Of a DNA stretch of 64,000 nt, positions 1 to 14,800 are shown piece after piece; positions within the stretch are counted from its first letter, which is position 1, and each line of letters starts with the position of its first letter. A program made the translations under genes and the position numbers. This DNA is from Antedon mediterranea (Eukaryota; Animalia; Echinodermata). The stretch is from assembly GCF_964355755.1 (NCBI RefSeq), contig NC_092675.1, positions 1,049,812-1,113,811 of the forward strand, written 5' to 3'. The notes beneath the pieces were generated by a model that was not told where the DNA came from, made no database searches, and saw nothing but the letters and a program-made list of their open reading frames with translations.

Positions 1-1638
1 TGAAATCCGAATAAATTTAAAACTTGAATTGATACTAATTTACTGCAGGTCTGTAGGTTTATTTAAATGTACATTTCCATACATTTCTTTAAAAAAAATT
101 AACCTTTGTATTTTAACTTTTTGTATTTTGTCTTGTTAAGATTTTTCATCTGCACATTGAATTATTTTGATGAGTTGATTACTAAAAGGACGACCGGGCT
201 AATTTCAACCTCGTTGTTGCCTAGGTTTTAACAAGCTCTTGAATCGGCTCGTAGGGCTACATGTTGCTAATGCGGCGAATTTAGTTCAAACAATATTAAG
301 CCGGGCTAAATAAACTTCAAAGTGAATCTATGTGTAAAAATATGATGAGGAACTAATAAAAGTAGGCCTACCTGGGTACTACGATATCAAGGTTGGTTTA
401 TAACCTAGCATCTTCTCATTTATTTCTATTCTGTATACTGATACGATGCATCGAAGCACGTCGCAGAATGTATAGGCCCTACTTATTGTATATTGATGCA
501 GCTTGCATTTCTTATTGATTATTCAACTTATTAGTCATTGAGATGTACTATTGGTTGGATTATGAAGGTAATTGCATGTAATCAAGGACACACGCAATCC
601 ATTGATGTGCATTGAATACGAAACACACAACAAATACAACTTGCGGTAAAACACACGCGTAAATAACGAACTATAAAGTATAAAAATAAGTAAGAGTAAT
701 TTTTTATTCAAATTTTATTTCTGAAGCGAATAAAACAAGTGATGTACAAACACGGCTCTAATTCTATCACGTATGTCTACTTGGTTCCCACTAAAGACAC
801 AAGGCAAGTACGTAAGCGCAACGTCGCTTGTCATTGGTCAAGTTCGTTCACGTGTTCTTGCATTGCGTCTCTCTAAGTGGTAGCGCTTATTTACCTTCTT
901 ATTCCTACAGTAAACAAACAAAAGATCTAAAACTCTGTGCCCAAATATGGTAGTGATATACCCAAACATGGTAGTGATATGACATCATCATGTTCATATA
1001 TGGGCACATCACATTTTGTTGTCACATATAGAGTTTTACATTAGTCATTTTTATAAGGAACTTCATAACACAATTGAATTCAGGATTTTAAAAAACCTGT
1101 TCCCATCAATGATTATTATTGAAACAACATACCAAAACACTTTTTTTCCACAAAAAGGGGAAAAAATTGTAATGAGCATCATTTTTCTCTAGGTTGAAAA
1201 GGACACTTCAGAAAAAGTAGGCCCCACCACCCCTTGCTACAGGCTTTAGACTATTTATAGACTTTAGACATTAATTATCTCAATTACACTGGAACAAATA
1301 TAGATACATCTAGAATGAATCTCATCTCGATGTACTGATCTGTGTACTACAAGTCTGGCCATCTGAATATAATATTATGTTCTCTTGTATGTTTATCATA
1401 CAGTCTATACCAAAATTATAAATCACTTTTGGAGTAAATGTACTTTATATATACATGTAGTAAAAACTGGATATTGAAAATGAAGATCTCTCAGAATTGA
1501 AGAAATAAACAATTTAAATAAATCAGAGAGACATGAGTTACTCAGAGCTTCATGCTCAGTACATTCTACAGTGACCTTTACAGTCCAGTCTTTTTCAAAC
1601 TTTTGCAAATCTAACAGTTTTTGTTGTGTACATTAATC

Positions 1639-4600
1639 TCATTGTACCAGTCTGTAGGAGATATAGCGGCCAGCCGTCTCACTTGGTCGAATGATCTTCA
1701 CAACCTGCAACAAATTATTCAAATATTAAAGTTTGCTACTAATGTAACCTACCATAATATTAAGAAACATAAAACAATAATTTAAGAAATAATACCTGTC
1801 CTCTCTTGAGACCAAAGTATCTTGCAACTGGGTCACCCACTTGTATTCTTGGTAATTGATGTTCCTTTAATTTACTATGGTGCATTAATTAAGGTTGTCA
1901 TTTATTTTAAAAAAAAACATCAATGACATTCTACTGCAGGATTGTATGTTTTAAAACCATGTGTGTATTTAGTATCATTTAGTAGCATTGCAGAGGTCAC
2001 AATTTGGAAAAGTGAAATTTATGAAAGCATAGCCAAACAAGTGAGGGTGCTATAAAATTGAAAAAATATAATTTATCAAACTATCGACGGCGCTATTAAA
2101 AACAATCTTAAGCTCTGTCTACACTATCAAATTTTATGTGACAAAAAAATGTGATGTTCCCATATTTGTCCATAATTTTCACGAGACTTTGCCTAAGATG
2201 ATGATGCTTTAACTTGTAGCATTACAAAAATGAGTAGCTTTATCGGATTAATGCAGTTATGCAGGCAACCAACCAACCAACTAAATTAATATACGCCACA
2301 CACTTTATATGCAGGGATATTTGATAGTTCATAGCAATGTCCAATATCATAATATCAATATCAATTATTTTTCATATTTACTGCTATAGACCATAACAAC
2401 CATTCATGATAGTATAGAAGGATAATTTACCAAAGATTATATAGCGCCTCTACGCAGCGCAACATAGATAACTGTTGCCAAGCTCCTATCTTATAATACT
2501 ACGCACCCTATAAATCCATAGACGCCATTTGGGCGGACAAAATACCTGGATGAACATAGGTTATAGCGCCTTCTATTTTGATTTAAAATGTAAATGTTTT
2601 AAATATTGCGTTCCGCCTCGAAAAGGGAAGAAATTATGTAAACAAAATAAAATAAAAGTTTCTTTCCAATATGGACACTTTACGATTAATTCTGTATGTT
2701 TACATTGACTTGGTTAGACAACTTCATTCTTTGACCAAAATATTGTACGATAACGACTTATTCCGGTTTAAATTCGTCCGCCGGAATGGCGTCCATGGCA
2801 GTTATCTATCTTGCGCCGCATAGTGGCGCTATACAATTTTTGTTATTTTACTATCATCAGCTACAGTAATCAAAGGATACTATCTAGCCAACAGCTCAGC
2901 TTTCTCCTCAGTTGTCATGACAACATGCTCAGGCACAAACTAGGAAAAAAAATGTATTTATTTTATTAGCCTACTTTTTTTATGTTTATATCATACATGC
3001 CAACACTCACATTTTTGCTGGGAGACTCACATATTTTAGAACATAGACTAAATTTATCAGTATAATCAGTATGGCAGGATACTTAGGAATGCTAAGAAGC
3101 AAAGTGAAATATATGGCAATACTAAAAGATTCAACAACTCATGTTTCCCAGCACTGTGTAGACTAATTAATAAACCAAAATAAACACAACAATAATAATA
3201 ATAATAAGTAATAAGTACTTTCATCAGTTTCTTCCATGTGTAATATCTCCTTTTTAAAAACTTTTTAACTTTTTAATGTTGTAAATTTTGATGTTTGAAA
3301 GCTTGTACCAATTTTATATGTAAATCTCTCGCAATTCAGTTTTATTTTATATATACTGCAAAGAGAAATATTGAATAAAAGCATAAAAAAAAAAAAAAAA
3401 AAAAATATTTTCAATATTAAACCAATTCCGACTAGACACATTAAACTTGTTGGACTACAGTACATTGTATAAAATAAAAATATTGAGGTGGGAATTGGCA
3501 TCTGTTATTTAAAATCATTTGTTTCACTTACTTCATGTTCAGTAATGTTGATTAGAAGTTCAGGTTCCAAAAATTGTTCTAGAATGTATTTAGGAGCCAT
3601 GTCACCTAAAGACTGAATGAAAGGAACACAACAAAACCATTATCAGTAATCAATTACCAGTGTTTCTATCATTTATTGCCTTCTGAACAACAAGTTGTGG
3701 TGAGCAAAGCATGTAGCTAGAATGTTTAACATGGACACAAATCAACCTGAGATAGGCTAGGTAGTACTTAGCCTACTTATCATCATTTCTGTTGCTGGTA
3801 TCTCAAATCAGTCATTTCTTTATAATGCAAACAGTTTTTCAAAGGATTTACAAAATCAGACTATGTACATACTTTTATGCAAAATACTTTGTGGGTGTTG
3901 GTTAAAATGTTGGTCCTACCATGGAGGTATACCTCCTACAGTACTGATAACATGCATGCTCTAAGGTACAAACATGAAGTAAAATACTATTTTACCTGTT
4001 TTGCAGATGGTGTCATACCCATCTGAACCACTATGATTGCTCGACTAATGTTCTCTTCCTGCATTCTTTTGCAGTACCTAAATAAATAATAAAAATGAAT
4101 TAAAGAAGGTTTTTGTTTGTACTTAGTAAAATGCTGCAATAAAACTGTAAAACTTTGAATTCGAGGATTCTAACACTATAGCATATTCACACATAAAAAG
4201 TAAAAGTATGGGATATCTACTACTACTAGTTCCACTGGATTTCGAAGTTTGGCTTTTTGACATTGAATTTATAAAGCTCTGATGAGAAGAAAATGTTCAC
4301 ACAATATTTATAATTTATAACACAATATGTGTAAATACATACAATTTAATTGTTTTTATTCCAACTTTTGGCTCATCTGGAAAAAAGACAAACATCTGGT
4401 CTGTGGGATCATCGTTATGGGCAACAAGTATGGTAAGGTCTTGCCTTCGTGGCCGTTCTTCACTGTTGGAATATAATATTACAAACAAGAATAATGTTCT
4501 GACTTTTTCTAAACTTTTTCAAGCAATTTTGATATGTATTACTGTATTGGAAACTCATATTTATTATTATTGATTTCTTAATGTTGACCAAGGTTACTCT

Positions 4601-5357
4601 CGCTTTCCAGATATTAAAAATTAGCTGCATTCAAAACAGCTTAATAACACAGTGTACATTAAAGAGGATACATTGCTTTATTTATAAAAAATCCTCTACC
4701 TTGGTTTGTCACCAAACTGTGTTTTAAAATCATCTAGAGTTTGATCCAATTCATCCTGGGTTACCAAATACCCTCTATCATGGCAGAGCTGCAAAAAAGT
4801 GTACTGTTATTAATATAAAATAATAAATAGGCCTATCCAAATAAATAAATTATTATTAAAATTAAAATAGGCTCATAATAGGCCTAGGCCCTAGCTAGTA
4901 GGAATAAAACTACTAACTAGGGAAGAGTTAATTCTTCCCTACTACTTACTAGGCCTAACTAAACTAAGGCCTTATAAAGTGCCTGACTGACCATACTCCA
5001 TGGACTGACTGATGTCACTGATGAGGCCTGGACTACTATTTATTAATATTAATTATGTTGGATAGGCATAGCCTAGACTAGAGGCCAGCCAGGCTTCCCA
5101 TTGAATCTAAATTTAGCTAGGCATAGCTAGGCCTATTATTATTATATAGGCTATAACTAGCTAGGCCTCAGATAGCTATATAGGTCCGGCTAGGCTAGGC
5201 CTAACAAATAACCAACAAGCAAGGGCCCAGACAGCAGACAGGCAGGGACCAGGTGGTAAGGACCAGGTGTTTAATGAATGTGTAAACAAAATATTTTTAC
5301 CTGCATGATTGTTTTCCGAATACGCCATAACTTCCATGTTTCCGATTCATCATCCAT
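1639..5357 (-). CDS. POLR2E: RNA polymerase I/II/III shared subunit RPABC1 (RPB5), 8 coding exons
   Basis: Spliced minus-strand exons (approx. 5357-5301, 4788-4700, ~4465-4347, ~4077-3996, ~3613-3532, ~2940-2882, ~1874-1796, 1704-1639) read [19 protein letters not shown]|[18 protein letters not shown]...|...[25 protein letters not shown]|[18 protein letters not shown]...|...LLINITEHE|FVPEHVVMT...|[26 protein letters not shown]|[21 protein letters not shown]. This is the canonical RPB5 sequence, with GT-AG boundaries. Confidence 0.97.
2431..2842. mobile_element. Degenerate MITE (non-autonomous DNA transposon) in a POLR2E intron
   Basis: The left end CAAAGATTATATAGCGCCTCTACGCAGCGCAACATAGATAACTG is an imperfect reverse complement of the right end CAGTTATCTATCTTGCGCCGCATAGTGGCGCTATACAATTTTTG. 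No clear TSD. Confidence 0.6.
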
Positions 5358-5689
5358 TGTCTAAATATTCAATTACAATGCTTATTAATTGAAGTTATGT
5401 TGACACTGTTTTAGGCCAAATGGTTCGCCTCTCGATACACAATAATGATCTCTCCAACCTCCCGAAGGCGTTGTTATGTGGTGGACTCGACTCGCATAGT
5501 CGATTGATCCTCATCCACGCTGTTTTGATCTCTGAAACCAATGAAGCGTAACACTAGCTTAAATAGCGCCACCAAAAAAAAAATACACATTTTTTTTTTT
5601 TTTTTGATTTTACAAATTATTTAACCCGATTTTAAACTGAAAAAAGTTAATTGGAATTGTATTCCACTGTGTTTGAGAAACCAACAACT

Positions 5690-6020
5690 GTTGCTGTAGA
5701 TTTATTATGTATCTATAAATTATATCGTATTATTTTACATATCATGTTTTATTTTACATCTCATTCTCATGTAATATTTAATACATGTTTGTTTTTTTTC
5801 TCAACAGCTGAATCAAGTTATATAGCCTCTACAAATAACAAGAAAAAAACTAGATTGGCTGCTGTAGTTTTATTATGTGTCTGTAAATTATATCGTGTTT
5901 ATATTATTATATTATTTTACATATCATGTTTTATTTTACATCTCATGTAATATTAAATGTTTGGTTTTTTTTCCAACAGCTGAATCAAGTTATATATAGC
6001 CTTACAAATAACAAGAAAAA
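5690..6020 (+). repeat. Imperfect tandem duplication of ~170 bp upstream of POLR2E
   Basis: GCTGTAG..TTATTATGT..TAAATTATATCGT..TTTTACATATCATGTTTTATTTTACATCTCAT..CAACAGCTGAATCAAGTTATATA..ACAAATAACAAGAAAAAAA occurs twice in succession. Confidence 0.8.
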
Positions 6021-7832
6021 AAAGTACATTCAAACTTTATTCAGAATAATGAGAAAACATATACAACTTATTTAATTTATGTTTTAATTTAGGCCTATAT
6101 AAATACATCCATGTTAGTTCATCAACAGTTGATGTTGTACACTTAAAGGCATAAGAAAAACATACAGTGTGAAAGTTAATGTAGGACTACAGGTTTTACT
6201 TCATCCGGCCCAGTTTTTGTTATTTAGTAGTGTCATGTTTGGTTCAACTTATTTCAATGAGTTAGCAATATGTTTGTGAGGTTTAAAACTTTGAGGTTCA
6301 ATTTAGAGCCCTGTCAGTAAAAATGAAAAATCTCCATAACAGAATTTTGTCCAGAGGTACACCAGATAAGTATTAAAGTGGTAACAATTGCATATGGGCG
6401 AATAAATGTTGCCTAGGTCAAAGGTCACTGTAAATATAACGTTTTTTGCCCATTTTCAGTTTGTAACCAACTTTAAAGTCATGCCAGACACAGTTGAAAA
6501 GACTAAATGGTCTCATATTTCATTGAGGCAACCACAAGTGCCTCAGCAATATGTGTACAATATAAAGGTTTTGTGATTGTTCTTACTTACCATTAAGGTG
6601 GTCTAAAAATGAAAATTGATCGACCGGTAAAATAAATTGGGGTTTTCATTTTTTAACGTTTTCCGTCTTCTGATATTACGCTTTCCACAATTCGTTTCCA
6701 TTTTGGGGGTTTTCAGTAATAATTAAATAGAAAAGTATATGAGATACACTAGATACCAATTTACAGCTTTGTACTGTATCTTAATTTGAAAGTGTCATAC
6801 ATCACATTACAAAATGCAAAATATTCAATTACTCAAATTATGTGAAATCTGACGATCATACTTCAATAGGCCATATTTTCAAAACAACTTGAGTTAAGCG
6901 CTACAACTTTGCATCATATATTATATATATTGAGGTACCCTTATTAATATTTTTATTTCAAACAACTTTTTTGTACAAAACAAAACCAAAACGAATTTTA
7001 AAGAGTGCATAGACATTGGGTTCTTTTATTCTCATATGCTTTTGTACTGAAAACAAATTTGGTCCTCATATATAGGCCTGCTGCTTACAATAGGAAATTC
7101 ACGATTATAACTGTACATTTCGAAAAACAAGGTAATCGTACAGTACATACCATTAAAAATCTGAAATTATTATTTATCAAAATATATATAAAGAAATAAA
7201 ACATTGTAGAAAACATATATCAAAATAAAGAATTTTTTAAAACCATAATACAATTTAAATCCAACAAACTAGCTGTAAAATAATTGGTAAAATATTTGAT
7301 CTTATGGCTTTGTTACTGCAGTCTACACTATTTAACTCATTAAATGACATATGACATATGACAAAGCATAGAATTTACTATTCGAGCCTATAATATTTAA
7401 ATAATAAAAAAAAGAATGTGTAATAATCATCCTGGCCTATATAGATTGTTTTTTTAAAAATGTCATTAATTAAAAAAACCTGCATTTGCAATCAAATGAA
7501 AATTATCATTTAAGACACATAATTAGTAATTTGTCACTTTTGCAAAACTATGAAATATCTATTAAGTCTTTATCGCTTGATATTCTTAACTAAATCCCAA
7601 TGACTATACGCCAATGATAAACAGGTAGAATATATACAGAAATTTAAAGCATTTTCTACACTTAATAATACCCAACATTAAAAAATAAAATCACCAATAA
7701 CATAAATTTTCCCTTTTTTGCACTTACTCAAGAACTACCATAACAAATTTGAAAGAAAAAAAAATTACTGCCCAGGTATCACATCATTTTACGTGAACAA
7801 CACGCAAATGTATAGATAACACAGTGTACTCA

Positions 7833-7948
7833 GGTGTACAGCAGTTAGTAGCTTGCAATGTACAAACATTACTCTGGTGTACATCAGTTAGTAGCTTGCA
7901 ATGTACAAACATTACTCTGGTGTACATCAGTTAGTAGCTTGCAATGTA
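7833..7948 (+). repeat. 43-bp minisatellite, ~2.7 copies, in the probable LASP1 3' UTR
   Basis: Unit GGTGTACATCAGTTAGTAGCTTGCAATGTACAAACATTACTCT starts at 7833, 7876 and 7919. Confidence 0.85.
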
Positions 7949-8825
7949 AAATGGGAATACACACTAACATAATAATAATATATATATTGCTAGTAAAATA
8001 CAGTAAACAAGCAAATTATCAATGATGATGATGTGAATTGTATAAAAATAGATTTAGAAATAGCAAATTATACATATAAAAGCTTAAAATACCACCAGTG
8101 AAAATTTAAGGGAAAACTACAGATCTTCATGGTAAGTTTTGATTTTTTTAGTGCCTTTAATTAAACTAAAATCCAGTGACTTGGGGTGTTTTAAACATTC
8201 AATTTTAGTCATGTATATTGTCCAGTTGTGTTTAGGCTAGTTGGTATTCAGTTGTTTTGTTGTAAATAAGGGGATGTTTGGGTACATCTAGCCTATTACC
8301 ATACCTATTATCTATAACAGGGCAAGTAATAATTTGCACATATGGCAGGCATACTGAACCACAGTGAAATTAATGAAACACAAAGTGACTGAATGCTAGA
8401 CACTCGCCAACTTACTATGGTAATGATGACAAACTAGTATTGCCTTAAATTCGTAAACTAGTTTTCTTAAACAGTTTTTATAATTACAAAAATTTGACTG
8501 AAACGAGTAAAATGATGGCAAAATGTATCTATAATCATCATTACATTTACATAATTTCAAAAAAGTAAATTTTGTAAATGTCCTATTTTACATACCTTCA
8601 CAAGTACTGTACATTAAGTGGACAAAGCTATACACTATGAGCTGATATCAATATTGAGAATATTATGCCAAAGCTATGTATTGAATAATGAGATTAATTA
8701 CTATTGAAAATGAATTAAGTTACACCTTCCAATTAATTATCATCCAACCTTAGTTTAAACTATAAAATAGTCTATCCATTGTTCACTGTTATTACAAAAT
8801 AGAAGAAACATTTTAAAAATACGGC

Positions 8826-11800
8826 TTAGACCTTCTCCACGTAATTAGACGGTAGCATGCCATACTGTCCACTTTGCTGTACTCTACCCTCCATCCAACC
8901 ATCATCGATAACAGTCACGTCAATGATAAAGTCTCCCTCGTTAAATGACACCTCATCATCATCTGCTGCAGAATAGTCATATAAAGCTTGGTATCGTGCT
9001 CCCTATGGAGAATAATAGAATCAATTTGATTTTATATAACACCTAAATAGAATCTGTCATTTGGTTGGCCAATTATGGGTCACATGATAAAAAGAAAGTG
9101 TCTTATAAATTGCTCAACATAGAGTGATGTATTCCTTCCAAGGCCATGCAATGCAACTACTTAACAACGGCATAACAACAATGCTTTGCGCATGCTTCAG
9201 CATGTTGTTCCTGGCTATATGAAAGTTGGCATACCTCATACCTAAAACAACTGAACTTGTTCCATACCAACGGAGCAGTGGGTACTGCTTTAACCTTTCA
9301 TAAAGGCTCCATTTCTCATAAACAAAGTTTAAGTAACAAACCTGAGGTTCTGCTTGAGTTGGCACTGGCGGGAGCGGCTGTTGTACAATAGAAGGTAGTG
9401 GCTGCTGCGGTGGTGGCTGGTATGGAGCTGGTTCTGCTTTTCTTGGAGGTGGGTTGCTGCTGTGATAACTCATTGGAGGTGGGTTGCTTTGATAACCGGC
9501 ATTCATTGGAGGTGGGTTGCTTTGATAACCGGTATTCATTGGAGGAGGATCATATGTATCTCTGGCACTGGTTACTGCATTTGGATCTGTTATTATTAAT
9601 TAGACATCAATAATATCAACAAATAGACTCATAATTATTATATGGGTGTCTAGAAAACTCAGATATATCTGAGATCTGACTTTTCTAAATCTGAGTTTTC
9701 TAGACACCCTTACCATATAGGTGCATATTCAAAAATAGTGCATAAGAATTTTGTTTTGTTGGTTAATGAGAGAATACTAACTGAATTATTCTCAGTGTGT
9801 GAGTAGGTTGATATCAAATGTAGAATGAGACTGAGGGAATATTAACTGAATTATTCTCAGTGTGCGAGTAGGTTGATATCAAATGTAGAATGAGACTGAG
9901 GGAATATTAACTGAATTATTCTCAGTGTGTGAGTAGGTTGATATCAAATGTAGAATGAGACTGAGGGAATATTAACTGAATTATTCTCAGTGTGCGAGTA
10001 GGTTGATATCAAATGTAGAATGAGACTGAGAGAATACTAACTGAATTATTCTCAGTGTGCGAGTAGGTTGATATCAAATGTAGAATGAGACTGAGAGAAT
10101 ACTAACTGAATTATTCTCAGTGTGTGAGTAGGTTGATATCAAATGTAGAATGAGACTGAGGGAATACTAACTGAATTATTCTCAGTGTGCGAGTAGGTTG
10201 ATATCAAATGTAGAATGAGACTGAGGGAATATTAACTGAATTATTCTCAGTGTGTGAGTAGGTTGATATCAAATGTAGAATGAGACTGAGAGAATACTAA
10301 CTGAATTATTCTCAGTGTGCGAGTAGGTTGATATCAAATGTAGAATGAGACTGAGGGAATATTAACTAAATTATTCTCAGTGTGTGAGTAGGTGGATATC
10401 AAATGTAGAATAAACATATACTGTAAATTACACGTTCAATTACACTACAGCAGGTTTGTATACAATAGGGTTTCAAAAAGAACAAAAAACAAGAGGCAAT
10501 ACAAAGTAATGACAATTGATGATTTGGACAACCTCAGAAGAGTCATTAATTGTGTTTTTTCCTGAAAATTCTTGAATTGCATCGTGGGTGTAAGCCAATT
10601 AATAGGGATTTCACACAGTAATGTTACAAACAATATGAATACAAAATTTAAAGTGTATTCTTAAATATAAATGACGGTTCTAGGACACCTACCCCCTAGA
10701 CAGTTACCCCCCGGATGTTTACCACCCGGACAACTACCCCCTTAGGACAACTACCCCCCGGACAACTACCCCCCGGACAACTACCCCCTTAGGACAACTA
10801 CCCCCTTAGGATAACAACCCCCCGGACAACTACCCCCCGGACAACCACCCCCTTAGGACAACTACCCCCTTAGGATAACTACCCCCCGGTCAACTACCCC
10901 CCGGTCAACTACCCCCCGGTCAACTACCCCCCGGTCAACTACCCCCCGGTCAACTACCCCCCCCCCCCCCATCCAAAAGTAGACAAATATATAGGACCGG
11001 TTTCTGTAAAAATGAAATCATCTGTTTTTAACGGGTGTTTCGAAACTAGAGATCCGAGACCAGAGACCTGAAACGAGACCCAATACGAAAAGGGAGACCT
11101 ATATTTGGGTCTCCCTTTTCGTATATTATTAGGGTCTCCCTTTTCGTATAGTGTGGTCTCTCTTTTCGTATAGTGGGGTCTCCCTTTTCTTATAGTGGGT
11201 CTCCCTTTTCTTATAGTGGGTCTCCCTTTTCGTATATTTGGGTCTCCCATTTTGTATATTTGGGTCTCCCTTTCGTATAATTGGGTCTCCCTTTTCGTAT
11301 ATTTAGGTCTCCCTTTTCGTATATTAGGGTCTCCCTTTTCGTATAGTGGGGTCTCCCTTTTCGTATAGGGGGTCTCCCTTTTCGGTTCTAGGACACCTAC
11401 CCCCTAGACAGTTACCCCCCGGATGTTTACCACCCGGACAACTACCCCCTTAGGACAACTACCCCCGGACAACTACCCCCTTAGGACAACTACCCCCTTA
11501 GGATAACAAACCCCCGGACAACTACCCCCCGGTCAACTACCCCCGGTCAACTACCCCCCCCCCCCCCATCCAAAAGTAGACAAATATATAGGACCGGTTT
11601 CTGTAAAAATGAAATTGTTTTTAACGGGTGTTTCGAAACTAGAGATCCGAGACCAGAGACCTGAAACGAGACCCAATACGAAAATGGAGACCTATATTTG
11701 GGTCTCCCTTTTCGTATATTATTAGGGTCTCCCTTTTCGTATAGTGTGGTCTCTCTTTTCGTATAGTGGGGTCTCCCTTTTCTTATAGTGGGTCTCCCTT

Positions 11801-14800
11801 TTCTTATAGTGGGTCTCCCTTTTCGTATATTTGGGCCTCCCATTTTGTATATTTGGGTCTCCCTTTCGTATAATTGGGTCTCCCTTTTCGTATATTTAGG
11901 TCTCCCTTTTCGTATATTAGGGTCTCCCTTTTCGTATAGTGGGGTCTCCCTTTTCGTATAGTGGGGTCTCCCTTTTCGTACGTGGGTCTCCCTTTTCGTA
12001 TATTTAGGTCTCCCTTTTCGTATTGGGTCTCTGGTCTCTGGTCTCGGGTCTCTAGTTTCGAAACACCCGTTTTTAACCGATTATTCTGTTTAACAGCACG
12101 CTAGACCCTAGATGTGCTAGATTTAAAGTACCGTATTTATTGAAAAAACGGCCTGGGCTGTTTATTGTTTAGGTGGTTTTTAGGTGGACATTTATTGGAA
12201 GAAAGTTGTTTATTCAATGGGAGGGGGTATAATCTAATGGAAATAGACGCCGATTATTCCATATGATGTTTCATGGGAGTGACATGGTCACCGTTTATTT
12301 GAGGGGAATTTATTTAAAGATCGACGTTTATTCGGTGAGTGAACATTGAGGTCAAATATCAAAAGTGATATTATTCTTCAAGTGTACAAAAATACATATA
12401 TGACAAATTTGAGACAAATATTAATTCTTTTAAGACCAGTGGTTATCGAAGCATTGTCCTGACGCAAAAATTATTATTATTATTAGCGATCCCAGTCTTT
12501 ACAGTAAATACAGGGAGTACTATATAATACGTTCGACTATCCTATGATCATGTGTGACGATCTTCAGTTTATACCAGGCTATATTTATGTTCAATCTTTT
12601 ACTTTTGTTTACAATAATGAATAGTAATTCGTCAAAGTAACGAATTAAAATATAGTTATTAATTCCTATTATACACTGTTGCAGAGTCAGGTTGTTGAAT
12701 GGTCTGGGTGGTTAGGGTGTTCTAAAGGGATAGTTTTCTGGGTGGTAATTGTCCGGGGGGTAATTGTCCGGGTGGTAATTGTCCGGGGGGTAATTGTTCC
12801 TAGGGGGTAATTGTCCGGGGGGTAGTTGTCCAGGGGGTAGTTGTCCTAAGGGGGTTGTTGTCCTAAGGGGGTAGTTGTCCGGGGGGTATTTGTCCGGGGG
12901 GTAGTTGTCCTAAAGGGGTAGTTGTCCTAAGGGGGTAGTGGTCCAGGTGGTGGTTGTCCGGGGGGTAGTTGTCCGGGGGGTAAATGTCCAGGGGGTGAAT
13001 ATCCGGATACGATAAATGACAGCTTACTTGAAGTGAATTTTCCTCGATCCTCTTCAAATTGTTTTGTGTAGTTTACCTATAGAAAAAAAAATACAATTAT
13101 AGTGTTTAAAATCGCACAAAAAAATAAGAAGGTGGTGGGGAGGGGGAAACAGTCCTTGAGTACATGCTTGCCTCCTTTAAGCAAGGACAAGCCAAGCTTA
13201 AGGGGCATGACAGGAAAATACATTAATAACCAAATTGATATCCAAGAACATATTTTACATTTCCATAATGCATACAGTATATAGCATAATAATTCAGTTT
13301 GGGTGGAGCAGTGTGATCAAGTTACTGTAATGATTATAGATTAAAGGTTAATAACACTGCATCAAGGTCTAGATCATGGAACATTCCAAAACATCAAGGT
13401 CTAGATCATGGAACATTCCAAAACATCAAGGTCTAGATCATGGAACATTCCAAAACATCAAGGTCTAGATCATGGAACATTCCAAAACATGTTTTTGTTT
13501 ATACATGAGTTCTCCATTACAAAATCAAAATATAAAGCATTTAATTAATGTAATTAATTTTATTTATAGGCATTTATTTTTCTTTAACTTTACTGTTATT
13601 GTTGTATTTTGTTGTGTTTGTTCTGAGGGTCCCAAATGATCAGCAATTGCTGGATGAATCACCCTCATTAAATATGATTCAAATAAATAAAAATAAAAAA
13701 TAAACATTTGTACCTGATGTTAACCTAACCTTTAATAACGTAATAATATTGACAAAATAAAATTCTTACCTTGCTCTGATTCTGGGTGTTCTTTGCAAGG
13801 CGTTTGTTTTCTGGTGTGTCCGCAACAGCAGTGAATTTTGTTGTTGGATAATGACTAATAGTAATAGAAAAGATAATTCAGAATTTTTAAAAATTAAAAA
13901 AGCTGCGGCTGTTGAATGTGAAAAAGCATTATCTGAGGTAATTGCATGGAATGTTTTAATCTCAAATTGAAATATTCTCCACATAGTTCTACTAAAATTT
14001 AACAATGGAGAAGGAAAGAGAAGAGATTGATGTAACTCTCGTCAGACTCGTACGGAAAAGTCTTACACTTAGTTACAGTTATAACTTCAACTCCATAACT
14101 TTATGAAGCTTACATACTGTAGTAAGGTTTACAGTACTTCCATCAACCCATATTTGGTTTTTTAAAATTTAACTCATTTTTGTAAGGAGATAATATACTG
14201 TATTCATCTCATGTACAATGTTTCTAGTATGGATGAACACTATTAGGAGTAAGGACAACACAAACTACGATCAGACTAAACTAAAGACACATAACACGTC
14301 ATGTTTTCTATGATTTTACCAGAAAAAACAGCCAGTTAGGCCATGAATTATTGATGGCGTAGGATACCCTTAATCTGTGATAGACTGAAATGTTTCTAAA
14401 TTCATTTAAATAATCGTAACTGCTGGGGAAAGTAATTTTGAATGTTCAACAGTGAGTACATCACATTTTCCATATGTTACTTCTTGAAATTGTTTAATAT
14501 GTGGTAGAGCATTTAAGAGGTTTATGAGTCAGGCTAACAGGATGTGAGTGATATGCATGGACCAAAGTGGCAATTGTCAGGAAATTTGCTGAAAAGGCTT
14601 AAGTTACAAACTTACAGTAGTTTTTTACTCACAAATAACAGTACACAACAATATCTAAATAATATAGGTCATGATTAAATGTTTGGCTGTGGCAGGGCAG
14701 ATAGGCAACCATCATGAAAGTTATGATTGTGCAGTTCGAGCCTGAAATTAACACCCATTTTCTTACTATCATCAAATAAGAAGTCATAAATAAATTTCTA

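Noticed and set aside
1423-1608. Short ORFs in AT-rich introns and UTRs throughout the window
   Set aside because: Often non-ATG starts, low-complexity composition and no splice-compatible homology; treated as spurious.
9768-10411. Regular repeat array resembling CRISPR
   Set aside because: Units are contiguous and near-identical with no unique spacers; eukaryotic intron, no cas genes. It is a minisatellite.
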